Source of the DNA: Carcharhinus amblyrhynchos
Taxonomy: Eukaryota
Direction of reading: 5' to 3'
NCBI GenBank assembly: GCA_965287045.1
Contig: OZ336900.1
Coordinates: 12,524,001-12,588,000 of the forward strand
Length of the DNA: 64,000 nucleotides
Part shown: positions 1 through 13,700 of the stretch, piece by piece
How the letters are laid out: every line of letters begins with the position of its first letter
Position numbering within the stretch: position 1 is the stretch's first letter
Program-made: the position numbers and the translations under genes
Notes under the pieces: generated by a model
Seen by the model: only the letters and a program-made list of their open reading frames with translations
What the model was told of the DNA's origin: nothing
Database searches by the model: none

Positions 1-597
1 GCACCGAAACATTCACCGTTACATGTGGAAATCCAGAAGCTGCAGTCAGTGAGTCCTCACTTCCCCACAGGGTGTGCTGTTGCCAAGTTCCTGCGGATGA
101 AAATCCTTTGAAATCACTTGAACTGATGCGAGCTTCCATTTTTACATTTGGCCTCACTGTAAAAATCCTTGAAACATGATGTCTTATTCAGTGAGGTCTG
201 AATTCATAATTGATAATGAACAACCTCTCCGGCCCAGGAAAAATGATTTTATATTTGTGAAATGTCAAATGTTTCCATTATGATAGGAATTCCATCGGTT
301 TTTAAATATGTTATACTCATGATATTTAAATTTCTAGTTTAATACCACGTGTACATTCAAACCTTTATTTTCCTCTCTGTAAAGTGATAATGTGAAAGAT
401 AATCAGTGCTTTAAAGTTCCTGATGTTGCTGTCTGGGAGAGTTCTTTAATGTGATTAGCTACTTAACCTTGATACAACCCAGGGGGAATTTTACAATCAT
501 TCCCCTCCCCCATTCCTCACCAGCAGGAATGAAGGCCAGGTGACGGGGACACATAAAATCAAACAAATGGCTAGCTCACTGTCTTCCTGCCCAACCT

Positions 598-845
598 TGC
601 AGCACCAGGGTCCCAGGTTCAATTCCTGGCATGGGTCACTGTCTGTGTGGAGTTTGCACGTTCTCTCTGCACCTGCGTGGGTTTCCTCTGGATGCTCCGG
701 TTCCCCCCCACGCTCCAAAAGACGTGCTGGTTAGGTGTGTCGGCCATGCTAAATTCTCCCCCCTGTGTACCCAAACAGGCACCAGACTGTGGCAGCGAGA
801 GGATTTTCACAGTAACTGTTACTTGTGACACTAATAAATACTAAA
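598..845 (+). mobile_element. 5'-truncated tRNA-derived SINE (HE1-like body, alternative tail ending ..acttgtgacactaataaata)
   Basis: B-box ggttcaattcc plus the core gggtcactgtctgtgtggagtttgcacgttctc shared with the other SINE copies. The tail matches the copies at 13701 and 29711. Confidence 0.8.
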
Positions 846-904
846 CTGAATGCTATATTGTGGTGTATGGCATCAGCCAGCCTGTCCATCTTTTGGCCTG
901 TTGA

Positions 905-1340
905 ACAATAGAATCCATTGGAACCACTACAGTGCAGAAAGAGGCCATTCTGACCAATGAGTCTGCACTGACTCTCCGAAAGAACATTTTACCCATGTTT
1001 AGCTTGATAAGGGGTTAAAATGGTAAAAGTGTAGTTAGAGAAAAGATATTTTTTCTGGTTGGGGAACTCTGTAACAAGGGGCGCAATATTGAAGTTAGAG
1101 ATAGATCATACAAGGGTGACATCAGAAAGCACTGTTTCCACACACAGTGGAAATGTGGAAAATTCTCTTGCAAAAGATGGTTGGCCAATTGAAAAATTTG
1201 ACTGAGATTGACTGATTTTTTTTTGCTAAGTGTATGAAAGGATATATGTAAAAGAAAGGTAAATGGAGTTGAGATACTGACCAGGTGACATATGCCAGAA
1301 CAAGCTTGAAGACCTGAATGGTCTGTTCTTCATATGTATC
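905..1340. mobile_element. Minus-strand SINE tail (~905-985) followed by a degraded + strand CR1-like LINE 3' end (~1000-1340)
   Basis: actacagtgcagaaagaggccattc is the reverse complement of the HE1 tail. Downstream sequence resembles the CR1 3' end (atggagttgag...gaatggtct). Confidence 0.6.
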
Positions 1341-2375
1341 TTAACACCGTAGCCATGTTTAAAGACAGTCGATGACTGTTAAAATTTCAGGATGATTAGT
1401 AATTATGATCAACTTCCAATTTAAGTTGATAAGTTGTCCATTGAGTTTTGTTTCAATTTCTCTTTAGTCCATATTAGACTGCACAAAATAAATACTTGTG
1501 TGGGTTCGGCTGTAAACATTACATTAATGACAAAAATATTATAAATTTAATTTTACACTGATTTTTCTTCATACTTGGATTCAATATTTCTTGCTTAATT
1601 AATAATGATTGTGCAACTAATAAAAATTGATTTTCAGCCTTTTTTCTTAGTAAGTGTAATAGAATGACTATAATTAGTAGAGTAAAGTGATGGATGATAG
1701 GACCAGAGCTAGAAATATTTCCTCACTTGACACTTCAAGTGTGTTAATTGACAAGCAAGTTGATGTACACAATCAGAAATTATATGGATGATCCTTTTAT
1801 CGTTTGATTCATTCTCTATTAAGAAGATCGTTGCGGTTTACTGGGCATAGATTTAACACAAATGCACTTATGACAGACTGACTGCTTTGTGAACAGTACT
1901 TGCAATTGTCTGGCTTAAGGAGAAATAATATTAAACTGGTATTGCAGGGCCTAATATTGAGTATAATTCTGAATTTCTGGTGTGCCCTGGTTTCGACTGG
2001 ACAGCCAAATAATGTAGCTTGACCCTGAGGTAGACTCTCTGGATTCTCCAATCATTGATACTGACAAGATCTACCTTATGTGGCTGTGGGATAAAAATCA
2101 CATTTTTAGTCTGGATTGATTGGTACCAAGATCAGTTACAATGGAGAGTTGAGCAATGTGGCACAGCTTCTATCACCTGACGTGTACTTCATTCAGAGGC
2201 CTGTTTTCAGAGAAACCTTCACCCCATTACTTCGCAAAACTTGGAAAAAATATTTGTCACTGCTTTATGTGCCTCACTCTCCTTCCTGATCCATGCCCGC
2301 GCTCCCCCATCTCTGACATCGTCCATCCTCTAGTAGTTTCAGGGAGAGGACCAGAACAAACTGAGCATTTGCCCA

Positions 2376-2680
2376 GGGCAGCATGGTGGCACAGTAGTTA
2401 GCACTGCTGCCTCACAGCCTCAGGAATCCGGGTTCAATTCCCGCCTTGGGTCACTGTCTGTGTGGAGTCTGCACATTCTCCACGTGTCTGTGTGGGTTTC
2501 TTCCAGGTGCTCTGGTTTCCTCCCATAGCCCAAAGATTTGTGGGTTAGGTTGATTGGCCGTGCTAAATTGACCCTAGTGTTAGGGGGTTAGCAGGGTAAG
2601 TTTGTGGGCCTGGGTGGGATTGGGTCGGTGCAGACTTGATAGGCTGAATGGCCTCCTTCTGTACTGCAGGGATTCTATGA
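2376..2680 (+). mobile_element. HE1-like tRNA-derived SINE
   Basis: A-box tggcacagtagttagc, B-box ggttcaattcc, conserved core, CR1-type tail ..ggcctccttctgtactgcagggattctatga. Confidence 0.9.
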
Positions 2681-2902
2681 CAGTATCTATCCTGGCGTCC
2701 AGTGAGCCAGGAGGCTTCTTAAGGATATCTCTTTTTGATCATACAGCTCCAAGTATTTTTACAACTCCATGAGGAATTTGTCTAAGATCAGAATGATCCC
2801 CTCCTGTCAAGAATATCGTCTACTGACTTTATTTGTGAAATGGCTTTACCTGCCTGATATGTAATGATACGAGGTGACTGGTTCTTTGCCTTCCATTTAC
2901 AG

Positions 2903-2971
2903 GCTCTGTTTTGTGAAGCTGAAGCTGTTATTGTTAGCCATCGAATACAAATCGGACACAAGGGAAAGCAG
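2903..2971 (+). CDS. KCNMA1: KCNMA1 constitutive exon (RCK1): (E)[22 protein letters not shown](S/R)
   Basis: Acceptor ttccatttacag|G and donor AG|gtgagt; 69 nt, phase 2-2. The translation matches Slo1 [23 protein letters not shown]. Confidence 0.97.
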
Positions 2972-5429
2972 GTGAGTACCACAGCCTTTCTTGTGAATTG
3001 TGCGTATTAATTGCATCACAAGTCTTTCTAATCGACCGAACTGTCAAGTGGACACTAAATGTTGACAAAGACATTTCAGTTGTTGCTACAAACTCAGCAT
3101 CTTCTAACTCCATTTCACATTGGCAGCTTGAATCTGATTAAAAGCCTGTTAGAGCCTTTTATTCCTTTCCCATGTTGGTTGCGGAGTGGAGTGAAAGAAA
3201 TACTCAAAAGCTGTACAATTGAAATAATTCCTGGGATCTATAGTTCTCCCAATGTGTTTCCTTAACTCATTGAGGGAGTGGTTCTTCCCACATCATGCTA
3301 TTGAAAACATTGTGCCCATGAGTACTGCAAGGAATGTTAACTAACAGGACATCAAATATCTAAATATTTCTTCAAAATCACAGTGTCAGATTAATTGGTC
3401 GTATCAATATCATCCTTCATTTACTTGTTACCCCATCTCTTTTAATGGAACACACTTTTATAAGCTGATACACATCAAGCAGATATTAACTATTTTTTCC
3501 AAAAATACATCACAACTAGTTTTTTTTTCTCCTTTTGAAAAACTGAACAAATGTGTCTTAAAAACCTGAAGTAAATAAAAAGGTACACCAACTGTTTCAC
3601 TCGGTTACTAATGTTGGATCCTGCTTGTTTTATATTGGAAAGAAGTAAACCCATGCTGGAGGTAATAACTTACAGAGAACTGAGAATGAGTCAAAGTTCC
3701 TGTGATGATTAGGGAAGCACCTACCACTGTTTTGCTTTCAACAGTGGTTGAAAAGAGAAGAGGAATATTTAAAGGCTGACAGTAGTATTGTTTTATCATT
3801 GCAGCCAATATAAAATGTAGTACCATGGTGGTGCTGATCCCTGTTAATTCTAATGGGAATATCATTACCTTTCCGACAGTAGACTATTGGTAAAACATGT
3901 TCTTCAATACAATTATCATAACAGAGCCGAACAAGGTTAATTGTTTAAAGTTAATTGTTAACATTCTTCAAGTTTACCATCATTTTAATCAGAAATGCCT
4001 CTAGATTTCAAAGTAACTTCCTACAGACACTTACTTAGTTCCTGCTGTCATCGTGATTGATGGTTAAGTACTGTCCAGGAATCTTTGAAGGTTATGTGAT
4101 GCATGGTTGGGAAGCACTTGCTCATTAGTCATTTTTGGAATAGGCTGATTGCCATTGGCCATAGACAGCAGTTAAGTGCTCTGTGAGCATAACCCATCTC
4201 ATCCGGCACCAGTTTACACCATTCAAAGTCAGTTCAGGCATATTTCCACATAACAGTATATATGAAATGGAAGCAAAGCATTCTATATATGATAAAGTGA
4301 ATGCAGTTCAGACATAGTTGCCCTTAAATGTGAAAGGGGATAAATGATGCTGATTTTATTCATTAACACAGTAGAAGCCACTTAATGGAAGCAGCCTCAT
4401 GTTAAGCAAACTGTACTTTAATCCACTTATTTGCATTAAGCAATCATTATTGATTCACTGTTAATCCCAATTAGCAGTAATATGCACTGTAAATTCTCAA
4501 GAACTAAGATTAAATATCCACTCACAGATGTGGACATGTATTAGGTGCTAAATTGAAGACAATCATTCCAAGAGCTCCTTCAGATTGGGTGTAGTGCCTG
4601 GCAGCATCTGATTGTGCAAAACTAGTTGAAGCTGTATGTTGCCAGTTTAAAAACTACTCAAAGCATAAACTATATTGAAGCAAATAGATCTGGACAATCC
4701 AATCGGTATTGTACTTTCAGCCAAGGACCAGGAGAGCTTCTGCTCCCAAAGCATCAGGTCTTCAAAGGCAATAAATGAGGCCAAATTAGTGTCTCATATT
4801 CATGTTAGATCCAATTTTCTGCAAACAGGATCATTAAAGGGTCTATACTGTACAGTTCTTAAGTTGTTCATTGAACTGACAGAATATAAATGCACTTAAC
4901 ACCGTGTAATTCCTTTCATTGCCATTAATGAAGGGTTCACAATGCACAAGTGAATGCAACCTTTATTATCAAAAGATAATCTCAAAGATATCCAATTGAA
5001 GAACTTTTAGGATAGCATTGCTTGGTATTTGTACTGATAACTGATCTTAATTTCATTTAAATGTGGTATTAACCTTCTACTCAATATTGCATACATCAGA
5101 CACCGTAAGACATAATGAACTGTTCATATGAAGAGCTATGTATCAACCGATGCTAATTAGCATGTCTAATCAGCCTCTCACTGTCATTATATGTGTCCAA
5201 TGTTATATCCCAGCCTAATGTAAAATACATTTCCTGTCCAATCGCTTCCATTAAAAATAGGATTGATTGGGTTCTATGTTACAGAAACTTGTGTAAAGTC
5301 TAAATTTGGAGTAATTTGGTAACAAGTGCATCTTAAGGCACTTATTTAACAAAATGTTGGGGAAACATGGCAGCTCAATCAGCTAAAAGAGGCAAAATAG
5401 GTTAATATTCAGTTGGGATCCTTTGTTTC

Positions 5430-5746
5430 GGGGTGGCATGGTGATTAGCACTGCTGCCTCACAGCGCCAGGGACCTGGCTTCAATGCCCAGCTTGGGTCA
5501 CTGTCTGTGCTGAGTTTGCACATTGTCCCTATGTCTGTGTGGGTTTCCTCCTGGTGCTCCGGTTTCCTCCCACAGTCCAAAGATGTGCAGGTTCGGTGGA
5601 TTGGTCATGCTAAATTGCCCCTTGGTGTCAGGGGGACTAGCTAGGGTAAATGCATGGGGTTACGGGGATAGGGCCTGGATGAGATTGTGGTCAGTGCAGA
5701 CTCGATGGGCCGATTGGCCTCCTTCTGCACTGTAGGATTCTATGAT
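5430..5746 (+). mobile_element. HE1-like tRNA-derived SINE
   Basis: Aligns along its length with the 2376 copy and ends ..gcactgtaggattctatgatt. Confidence 0.9.
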
Positions 5747-6334
5747 TTGTTTCAGCCATTAGTTTTGATCAGAGAGGCCACGTTAAATGCTGATCAAGCT
5801 ACTGTACGTTTCCAGAATCTTCATTAGTTATTTTTCCTGAAAGTTTATGGAAGATTTTAAGAGGAAAATAGTAGAACTTGTTTAATTTGAGGGAATTTAG
5901 GGACATTTACCGCGTTGAAGTGATGAACAAATGGGAGGAAGGAAGAAGGGAAAGCTCAATTAACTTGCATTAAAACTCGCAATTATCATGAATAATGACA
6001 GGCCAAACACATCTTATGGTGAAATACATAGATGCTGTGAAGGAGCGTAACAAATGTCCAAAAGTAGTGTCCAAAATATATTTGGAATGTACAGATTCAT
6101 CTTTGTAATCCTATCACATCATAGAGAAAATAGAACAAAGTTCAAACTTTGCGTCCTTGTTTGTGGGATTCCTTTTTATGTTTTCTTGCGTTTTGCCACA
6201 TTTGTGTTTTTGCAGGAACAAAACTATTTTGTTTGTTTTATGTTTGCCAAGTTGGAATGTTTCCTTTTGTTTTTGTTGCAACCTGTTTGTTCCTACCATG
6301 GCGTTTGATTGAAATGTTCTCTTGTTGTTTACAG

Positions 6335-6346
6335 AGGTGCCAAGCG
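6335..6346 (+). CDS. KCNMA1: KCNMA1 alternative 12-nt microexon, (R)GAK(R), positional equivalent of the mammalian SRKR insert
   Basis: ctcttgttgtttacag|AGGTGCCAAGCG|gtaaaa, phase 2-2. It gives ESRGAKRILINPG versus mammalian ESRSRKRILINPG, ends in the same K-R, and lies in the correct intron. Confidence 0.8.
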
Positions 6347-9300
6347 GTAAAACTCTCTTCATTTACTTTCCAACCAATCTCAACTTTCTCTTCAATTCTT
6401 TACATCTTCTAGCTTTGCTATGCATTTCCCAGAGTGCTCATTCTTTTACTCTCACCAAGTCAGCAGGATAATACTAAATAACATCATATTTTAGTCAACT
6501 TTTGACATTTATAGTTTTTTTTAAACTTCTTGTCCTTGCACTAATTTGTGCGGGGGAAAAACGTGATATTTGCATATATTTTTCTGGATGGTCCTTCATT
6601 CTTCACTGTCTCACAGATTGTGTCTCCAACATTCCATATGAAAACCTTTGCTGCCGTAAACTTTTATTCCACCCCATCCCCCATGATGATGTAATGTAAA
6701 TGTCAGTCAGCCAAGATGCTATTATGCTGTCTGCTTGTCAAAGTCTTCAACTGATGTCTTACACATTGTCTGTCTTCAGATTTTCATACACTTAAACAGT
6801 ATTTAATGTTGTCTGTGGATTCATTGAAAAGAAAAAATGAACAGTCACAAATTTATTTCATTAGCTAATTAATGATTTTTTTTAAAACAATGATCATTTT
6901 AATATGTCCTGATGGTAACTGCTCATGTTTCATACTTACATAGTCAATTCACTAAATGTGGAAATACATATTTCAGAAGCAGTTTTTTGCCATTTCTTCA
7001 CAGTTTTTCTTGCTTTAGCAAGCTTGCAGATTGTCTCCCAACCCACTATTAAAGACAGCCACTTGTCATCTGCGCCCACCCACCCCCCCACAGCCAAACC
7101 CTGTTTGCTGCTTGACATTGAGTGAAATATTAATGCATGAAATAAATTAATGTTTTGGCAGTATCCTTTTAGTCTAAAGATACCAATTTGAATCTTTGAA
7201 TTTTTTCATGATTTTTGTTTCAATTTTTCAAGCCTCATTTGATTGCTGACCCAACTAGCATAGTAGCTCCTTGCTTATTCTCTTTTTGTTCCATGGATTG
7301 CCCCTTTCTTCCTCCTCTTTTGCTTTGTGTCTGTTCCTTGCCTCCTTCCTTTGTCTGACTCCAAGCTTGTGTGCAGTGATATATGTAAAACAAAAATAGG
7401 AGAGTTTCCAGTGCCATTCAGCCATCCAACACTAGTTCCTGCAGTCACACATGGCTTGCAATGGTTGTACCTCTATTTTTGGTGCTGTTTGTTGCATATT
7501 GTTGTTCTGTGTGTGTTTGTGGTGAAAGCATGTCATTACCACAGTGAACTGAACTCTATACCAACAGAAATTTGCTTCCTGGGATTACTCTGTGATTTTC
7601 TAGTTAAAATTTAATCTGTTAATAAGTCAACCTTGTATGAACAGTTTGCTGATATATGGAAATCTATACTGAGACTTGGTTTTTATTAATTTATATTCTA
7701 ATTACAGTGCCAATTGAATATTAGATTGGATCTGATCTCTGCAGAAATCAGATCCCTATTCATAAAGAAAGAAAAGCTTACATGAATATGGAGGCACATA
7801 CACCAGTGTACAATGTGTACATACATACAGGGGTCTAAATTATAAAAGTACACATCATGCAGTTTAAGCCTGGATTATGGTACCAAGACCTTGTATGAGT
7901 GATAACACATAGTTAAGTGCTTTTTTCTTGTACTATGAATATTGTACATAGCTTGATGTTATTAGTAAATGACATAATCGTATATATGAGAAGTACAAGT
8001 TATTTTCACCTAACTAGCTATGATGCTGTTATATATATCATGATTTATGATATAAACTGCATTATTTATATTTTACTCTTTGAAAAACCTTGTGGAGCAT
8101 CTTTTGTGCAACATTCTTAGTGTTTTGTCCGACAATAGTGCTGTATGGAAGGTCCATACACATTTGATTCACCTGAAACATCAACTGTAAACTATCTTTT
8201 AAAAACTCTGTTCAAAGATATCAATAATGAACTGGATACCCACAACTCAACATATCTGGATTCAAGCTTTAGAATTCATTTCATGAAGTAGGGTTATTAG
8301 AACACATAGTCAACATTACAGCTTAGCTATTTCTCTCCAGTTGGGACATGTCTAAATGAAAGTTATATTTCAGTATGGTTCATTCAGTGGTAAGATGTTA
8401 CATAAATGAAAGTTAGAATTTTTTTTATTAGTTGCTATAAAGTTACCTGATTTCAAATGAAGCATCAGTTTATAGAAGTAGAATAATATTAGCAGATTCT
8501 CGACAATTCAGAATATGCGCAGTGGGATATTCCATATGTGTTATGTTGGAAATGAAACAGTAACTTTTAACAAAAGTGGAAAATGTTGGAAATACACAGC
8601 AAATGAGAGCTGGCACATAAACAGCTTAAGGAGGTTAGAGGGATAAAAGATGATGAGGGAATATCAGAAGGTGCAGTCACAGAGAGGAAGCTACTGGATT
8701 AAGTGATTTATGAACCGCTTTATTGAAAATCAGGAACTATTAGATGAAATTTAAAAAAGCTTGTGAGACAATAAAAATACTTGAAACAACATGTAGATTG
8801 CTAAAATGGCTCACAAGAAAATGGGGAAAATTGAGAAGTGAAGGTCAGTGCAGTAAATCTAAAATAAGAACAAAAATACATCCATGAAACTCATTAGCTT
8901 TGATGCTCATGGATCTGTCTGGTTTTGATTCAGATTTTCTTTATATTTCTGCTAATGAATTTTGATTTTAAAAGCAGAATTGCCATTCTATTTGAAAATG
9001 TTCTTGCAGGAAACAATGATAGCAGGTTTGTTCCTGAGCGTTTTTTTATTATTGAGAAAACAAAGTCAGGGGCTAAGGCCCATTCCACTGGACTCCAGAA
9101 ATGTTTCAAACAGTGAGAGGCAAGGATGAGGTAAATTAAAGGAATAGCTGTTAAGTAATGAATGAACATAAGAGTCAGGCAGAATGAATAGGAAGAAAAT
9201 TTGAAACAAAAGTCTGGTTATCGCCTCAGGACATTGAAGAATCCTTGTGGAATTTAATTGCATCTAAGGAGAGGTGGTGCTGGCATAATCCCAGCAAACC

Positions 9301-10685
9301 AAAAGGAGCTGGCCCTACTAATAACACTTGTAAATCAGCAACTGCAAGGAGTTCAACCCTGGAAGCAATTCAGATCTCACTATGCTTTATTTGTGAATGT
9401 GCCTTCTCTCGAGTGCGCTCTCTCTACTGCTACCTTTCCTTTCCATCTTTGTTTTGTTCTTGTCTACCAAAAATCAAAGCCTTTGGATATGAAAGTAGAA
9501 CTATATGAAACCAAGTAGTTTGAGAAAGCCCAGAGGAAAGAGCTGGATGTTTATAGTAAACAACTGGGATTAAAGGAAGGTTTCAGACAATAGTCCATTT
9601 AACCACAAGGATTGGGATTCTTGTCAATAATGCGTACCAGCCATCTCTTTCCTTTGGGTCAGCTAACTAATTTAACATACAGCTGTGCCGTGCAGTAGTT
9701 GTATGCTTGACGTGTATTACCTTTAAATAATTGTGATTGTTACTTTAAACTAATGATAAGGTGCAGTTAATTAATGATGTTGCACTCAGCACACGTTTTT
9801 CAGTCACAGGGGAACTGCACAAACTACTGAAACTTGTTTGTTTGACATTGCAGTTCCTGTCCTTTTAAATTATTTGAAAATAGTAGCTTCACTTTAAGGA
9901 AAAAAGCGCTAGATTTTCAATTGATGTATGGTCAATGGGTAAAGAATCTTGTCCATAGTTCCTTCACCAAAATGGTGCTATGAAGATTTATTTACCTATA
10001 TAAGATTGGTTAATTGTTCAAATGTAACTAATTTGTAAGTCAAACTCTAGCCAATGTCCAGCCCCCTCCATCAGAAATTATTCAACTGGCGGGTTTCTGC
10101 TCACAAGCTGTATTGTCAGAGGGGACACTGAATAAAAAGTAGAGAAGAGTTCATTTCAGAGATCTCCTTGTCTTAATCAGCTCAGGAGCGGTGTATAAGC
10201 AAGAGGGAAAAATAGTGATGGCGAACCAGAACAAATAAATATGCACCAGAAGACACTACCTCTCTGTAGAAGAAAAGCAACCATAACCATAGAAGAAAAA
10301 TCAGCCTGTAAATTGCATTTCAAACCACTTCCACTGTTGATTCAGATTGTGATTCGCAAGGAGTTACATCATCCAGATTAAAATTATATAGTCTGTGCTT
10401 TACTTTATTATCAGAAGGCTTTCAAATTGGGTAAAATTAGAATACATTTAAGGGCATATGTTTTTAAGCATATGGTGCTTTGCTTGTCATGCATCTTAAT
10501 ATTATGGGTCTAATAAACCAGCTCCTTTCCATTATTAATTAAATCATTTGTAGTCATCTGTTGGAATGTATGCAGGTACTGAAATCTAAGTGCAGTTCAA
10601 ATAAGAGCGATTTCCTTTGCAATGAGGATGTTTGCACCATTCCCTTTAATTCATGTGCCATCAAGACGATGCTTTTCTCCCGTAG

Positions 10686-10814
<129 letters not shown>

Positions 10815-12580
10815 TAATTGCTTGATTTGATATATACACAATTGTGATCTGTTTTTAATTAATGATGATATGTGCCAAATAATATAAATTCCCATATATT
10901 TTATTTGGAGGAGTGTGGAGGAGGAATTCTGCTTTTCCTGTTGAGATATCAGAACAAACCTGACATTATTATTTGTAATCCAGCAATGTAACTCATTCTA
11001 TGTGTTATTAAAGCATTTTCATAATTTCTGGTGAGAGTTTTTAGGCATGTCTCTGATTTGGTGTTATTTCTAAAACATTCTTCAGCATTGGCACTGTAAA
11101 AGGCTAAATAGATGTGGAATACCTCAAAATTTATAAACATATCTGGGAGCTTTGTAGCTGCCCCAGCAAGCTAGAAGGCCAAGTTCAACTGTCTGTTCTA
11201 AATGCTGCTCAGTTATGATGAGACTTGCTATGTGCACAGTATTTCTTTGTCCAACCATGGCTGTCAATCAAGGGAGGAAGGGAACACATTTGCCAGATAA
11301 AATCCCATGTGATTGAAAGTGTTCCCAGTAAGCTGATCAAGAGTGCCAATTACCTATCATGGGCTACACCACATGGCCAAGAGTCTCCGGCATCCCTAGC
11401 TAGTATTGGAAATTTGATCATTGATGCCAGTCAGAATCTGTGCAGAGGAAGGAAGGAGTTTGTTGATCTTAAAAACCGAAGGATTTCCCTCTGAAGGTGG
11501 ACATTATTATCAGAAAAGCTATGAACATAATTGCGTAATTAGGAAGGGATGCAATTGCATTTGTACAACCTATGATGTCAAAGCTTTGAGAGGTCTTCTT
11601 CAGCATACCTAGTAAAAACATTAAGACCCCTTGGTTATATGTAACAGTGCTAAGACACAGAGCAAAGCTCAGTCTGCCCAAGCACAACAATGTGGATTGT
11701 TTTCAATGCCTTTGAGCACAGTGCTGAATCTTGAAGTTAGTGAAAAACTGGGAGATAAGTGAAACCTCCAGGCTGGTCTTTTCATGATGCTCCCTATTTT
11801 CACCCCTCAAAAAAGGAGAATGACATTCAAGACTAAATTTTCTTCCAGTGAAATGCTAATACATATTAATGCCAGTTAATGTTGTATTAGTCTTTATTGA
11901 AAGAACTGGTCAAAATCCACTCACTGGGCTTAATTCATTGACACAGCTAGGTGTTGGTGGGAAATGGCTTGCTGAAGTGCAAGTTCTACTAGAAGATTGA
12001 GCACCATCCCATGAACTACCACCAAGTCTTCTCAAAATGCTCTTGGACTGTGGTCACTTGCACTTAAACAGTTAAGAACCACACCATTCATGGATAGTTT
12101 AAACAGACAAGAGTTGTTAATACTTCTTTACAATCCCAATGTGTTCTTCAACAGCATACCTTGTTCTGCCAGGTGGGAATTTACAGATTTTGAGGTTTGG
12201 CTTTTGAAATAAATTGTTAACAGAATAACAAAAGCCTGAATTAACCAAGCAATTGATGTGAATGTGGAAATTAGAGAAGGGCACCTTTTTAAAAAAAGCT
12301 GATTCTGTTTCAATCTTTTTTGCTGATTTACAATCATAAAGCTTCTGCTTTTTGTCATTTAAAATTTGCAAGTTGTCACACCATTGAATCAGATTGTATA
12401 AAACTTTCATCTCAGATTAGTTCCTTATTTTAAATCTCTGAAACCCATTTATTTCCACCGAGTTAAAATGGGGTCCATAGTTTCAAATAGAAATTGAAAA
12501 TGCTTCTGGTTTCATTTAAGCTGCCTGTTACTCAAAATGTCTGTTATGGTGTCTGTCGTTGCTACTCAAAATGTTTATTG

Positions 12581-12899
12581 TGGGTGGCACAGTGGCTAGC
12601 ACTGCTGCATCACAGCACCAGAGACCTGCAGTGGGTAACTGTGTGGAGTTTGCACATTCTCCCCATGTCTGCATGGGTTTCCTCCAGATGCTTCGGTTTC
12701 CTCCCACAGTCCGAACATGTGCAAGTTAGGTTGATTTCCCATAGTAAATTGCTCCTTAGTCTCCCAAGATATGTGGGTTAGGGGGATTAGCAAGGTGAAT
12801 TCTTGGGATTACAGGAATATGCCTGGGTGGGATGCTGTGACAGAGAGTCAGTACAGACTCAATGGGCCAAGTGGCCTCCTCCTGCACTGTAAGGATTCA
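12581..12899 (+). mobile_element. HE1-like SINE with an internal deletion near the B-box
   Basis: gtggcacagtggctagcactgctgc head, conserved core and ..ggcctcctcctgcactgtaaggattc tail. Confidence 0.85.
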
Positions 12900-13199
12900 G
12901 TAGCTACATGAGAGGTTCAAATGAGTATTACTGAAGGCAAATCCTGATTGACCAGATTTCTGCTAGTGAGCTCAACGAAATCCAAAACTCATCCAGTGAA
13001 AAACTGGAGCAATTACTTCTTAAAATAAATCCCTACAAAAAAAAACACAACTAACACCTATGTTTCTAAAAGCAGAACATATCTTTCATATTCCTCAGTC
13101 CAAATCACAGTCACTATTACAGCAGCCAGAATTTCTCCCTAAAGGCTATCTCCTAGATTTACTGAACTGAACTTATTCCTGCCAATTAGTTCTAGCTTG

Positions 13200-13605
13200 T
13201 GTGAATGATTTTAATTTTCAAATTCCTTCATGGTCTTGCCTCTCCCTATCTCTACGTACTTCTATATATTACATACTTTGTATATACTACATACATTGAG
13301 ATCTGTGCACTCTTCCGCTTCTGCTGTCTTGCACATCCTTTAATTGCACCATTATTGGTGGCTAGGCTTTCAACTGCCCAGATCCTAAATGCTAGAATTC
13401 TCTTCTTAAGCTCATCTGCCCCTCCAACCTCACTTTCCTTCTTCAAGCATTCCTTAAACCATACCACTCTGCGCAACTTTGGATTATCTGTTCAAATACC
13501 TCCTTATATGGCTCGGTGTCAAGTTTTGCTTGATAACTGTCCAGTGACGTGCCTTTGAATGTTTTACTACATGTTAAAGGTGCTAGTTAAATGCAGTTTG
13601 TTGGT
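13200..13605 (+). mobile_element. Degraded L2-like LINE 3' end
   Basis: ttcaaattccttcatggtcttgcctctccctatctct ... gttaaaggtgctagttaaatgcagtttgttg resembles L2 termini. Confidence 0.6.
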
Positions 13606-13700
13606 TGAGGAAAGAAAGCTTCATTCTGTATCCACAGTTGAGTTTGTATGATACTGACATTGGGCACCAGGCAAAAACCCCATTTCTATTCCCAGCATTT

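Noticed and set aside
1-54. Possible exon end at ..gcagtca|gtgagt with an open phase-2 frame (HRNIHRYMWKSRSCS)
   Set aside because: No similarity to the expected upstream Slo1 exon (..LSFPTVCE), and the acceptor would lie outside the window, so it cannot be supported.
2376-2450. tRNA-like A/B boxes at SINE heads
   Set aside because: They continue into SINE core and tail sequence and are not tRNA genes.
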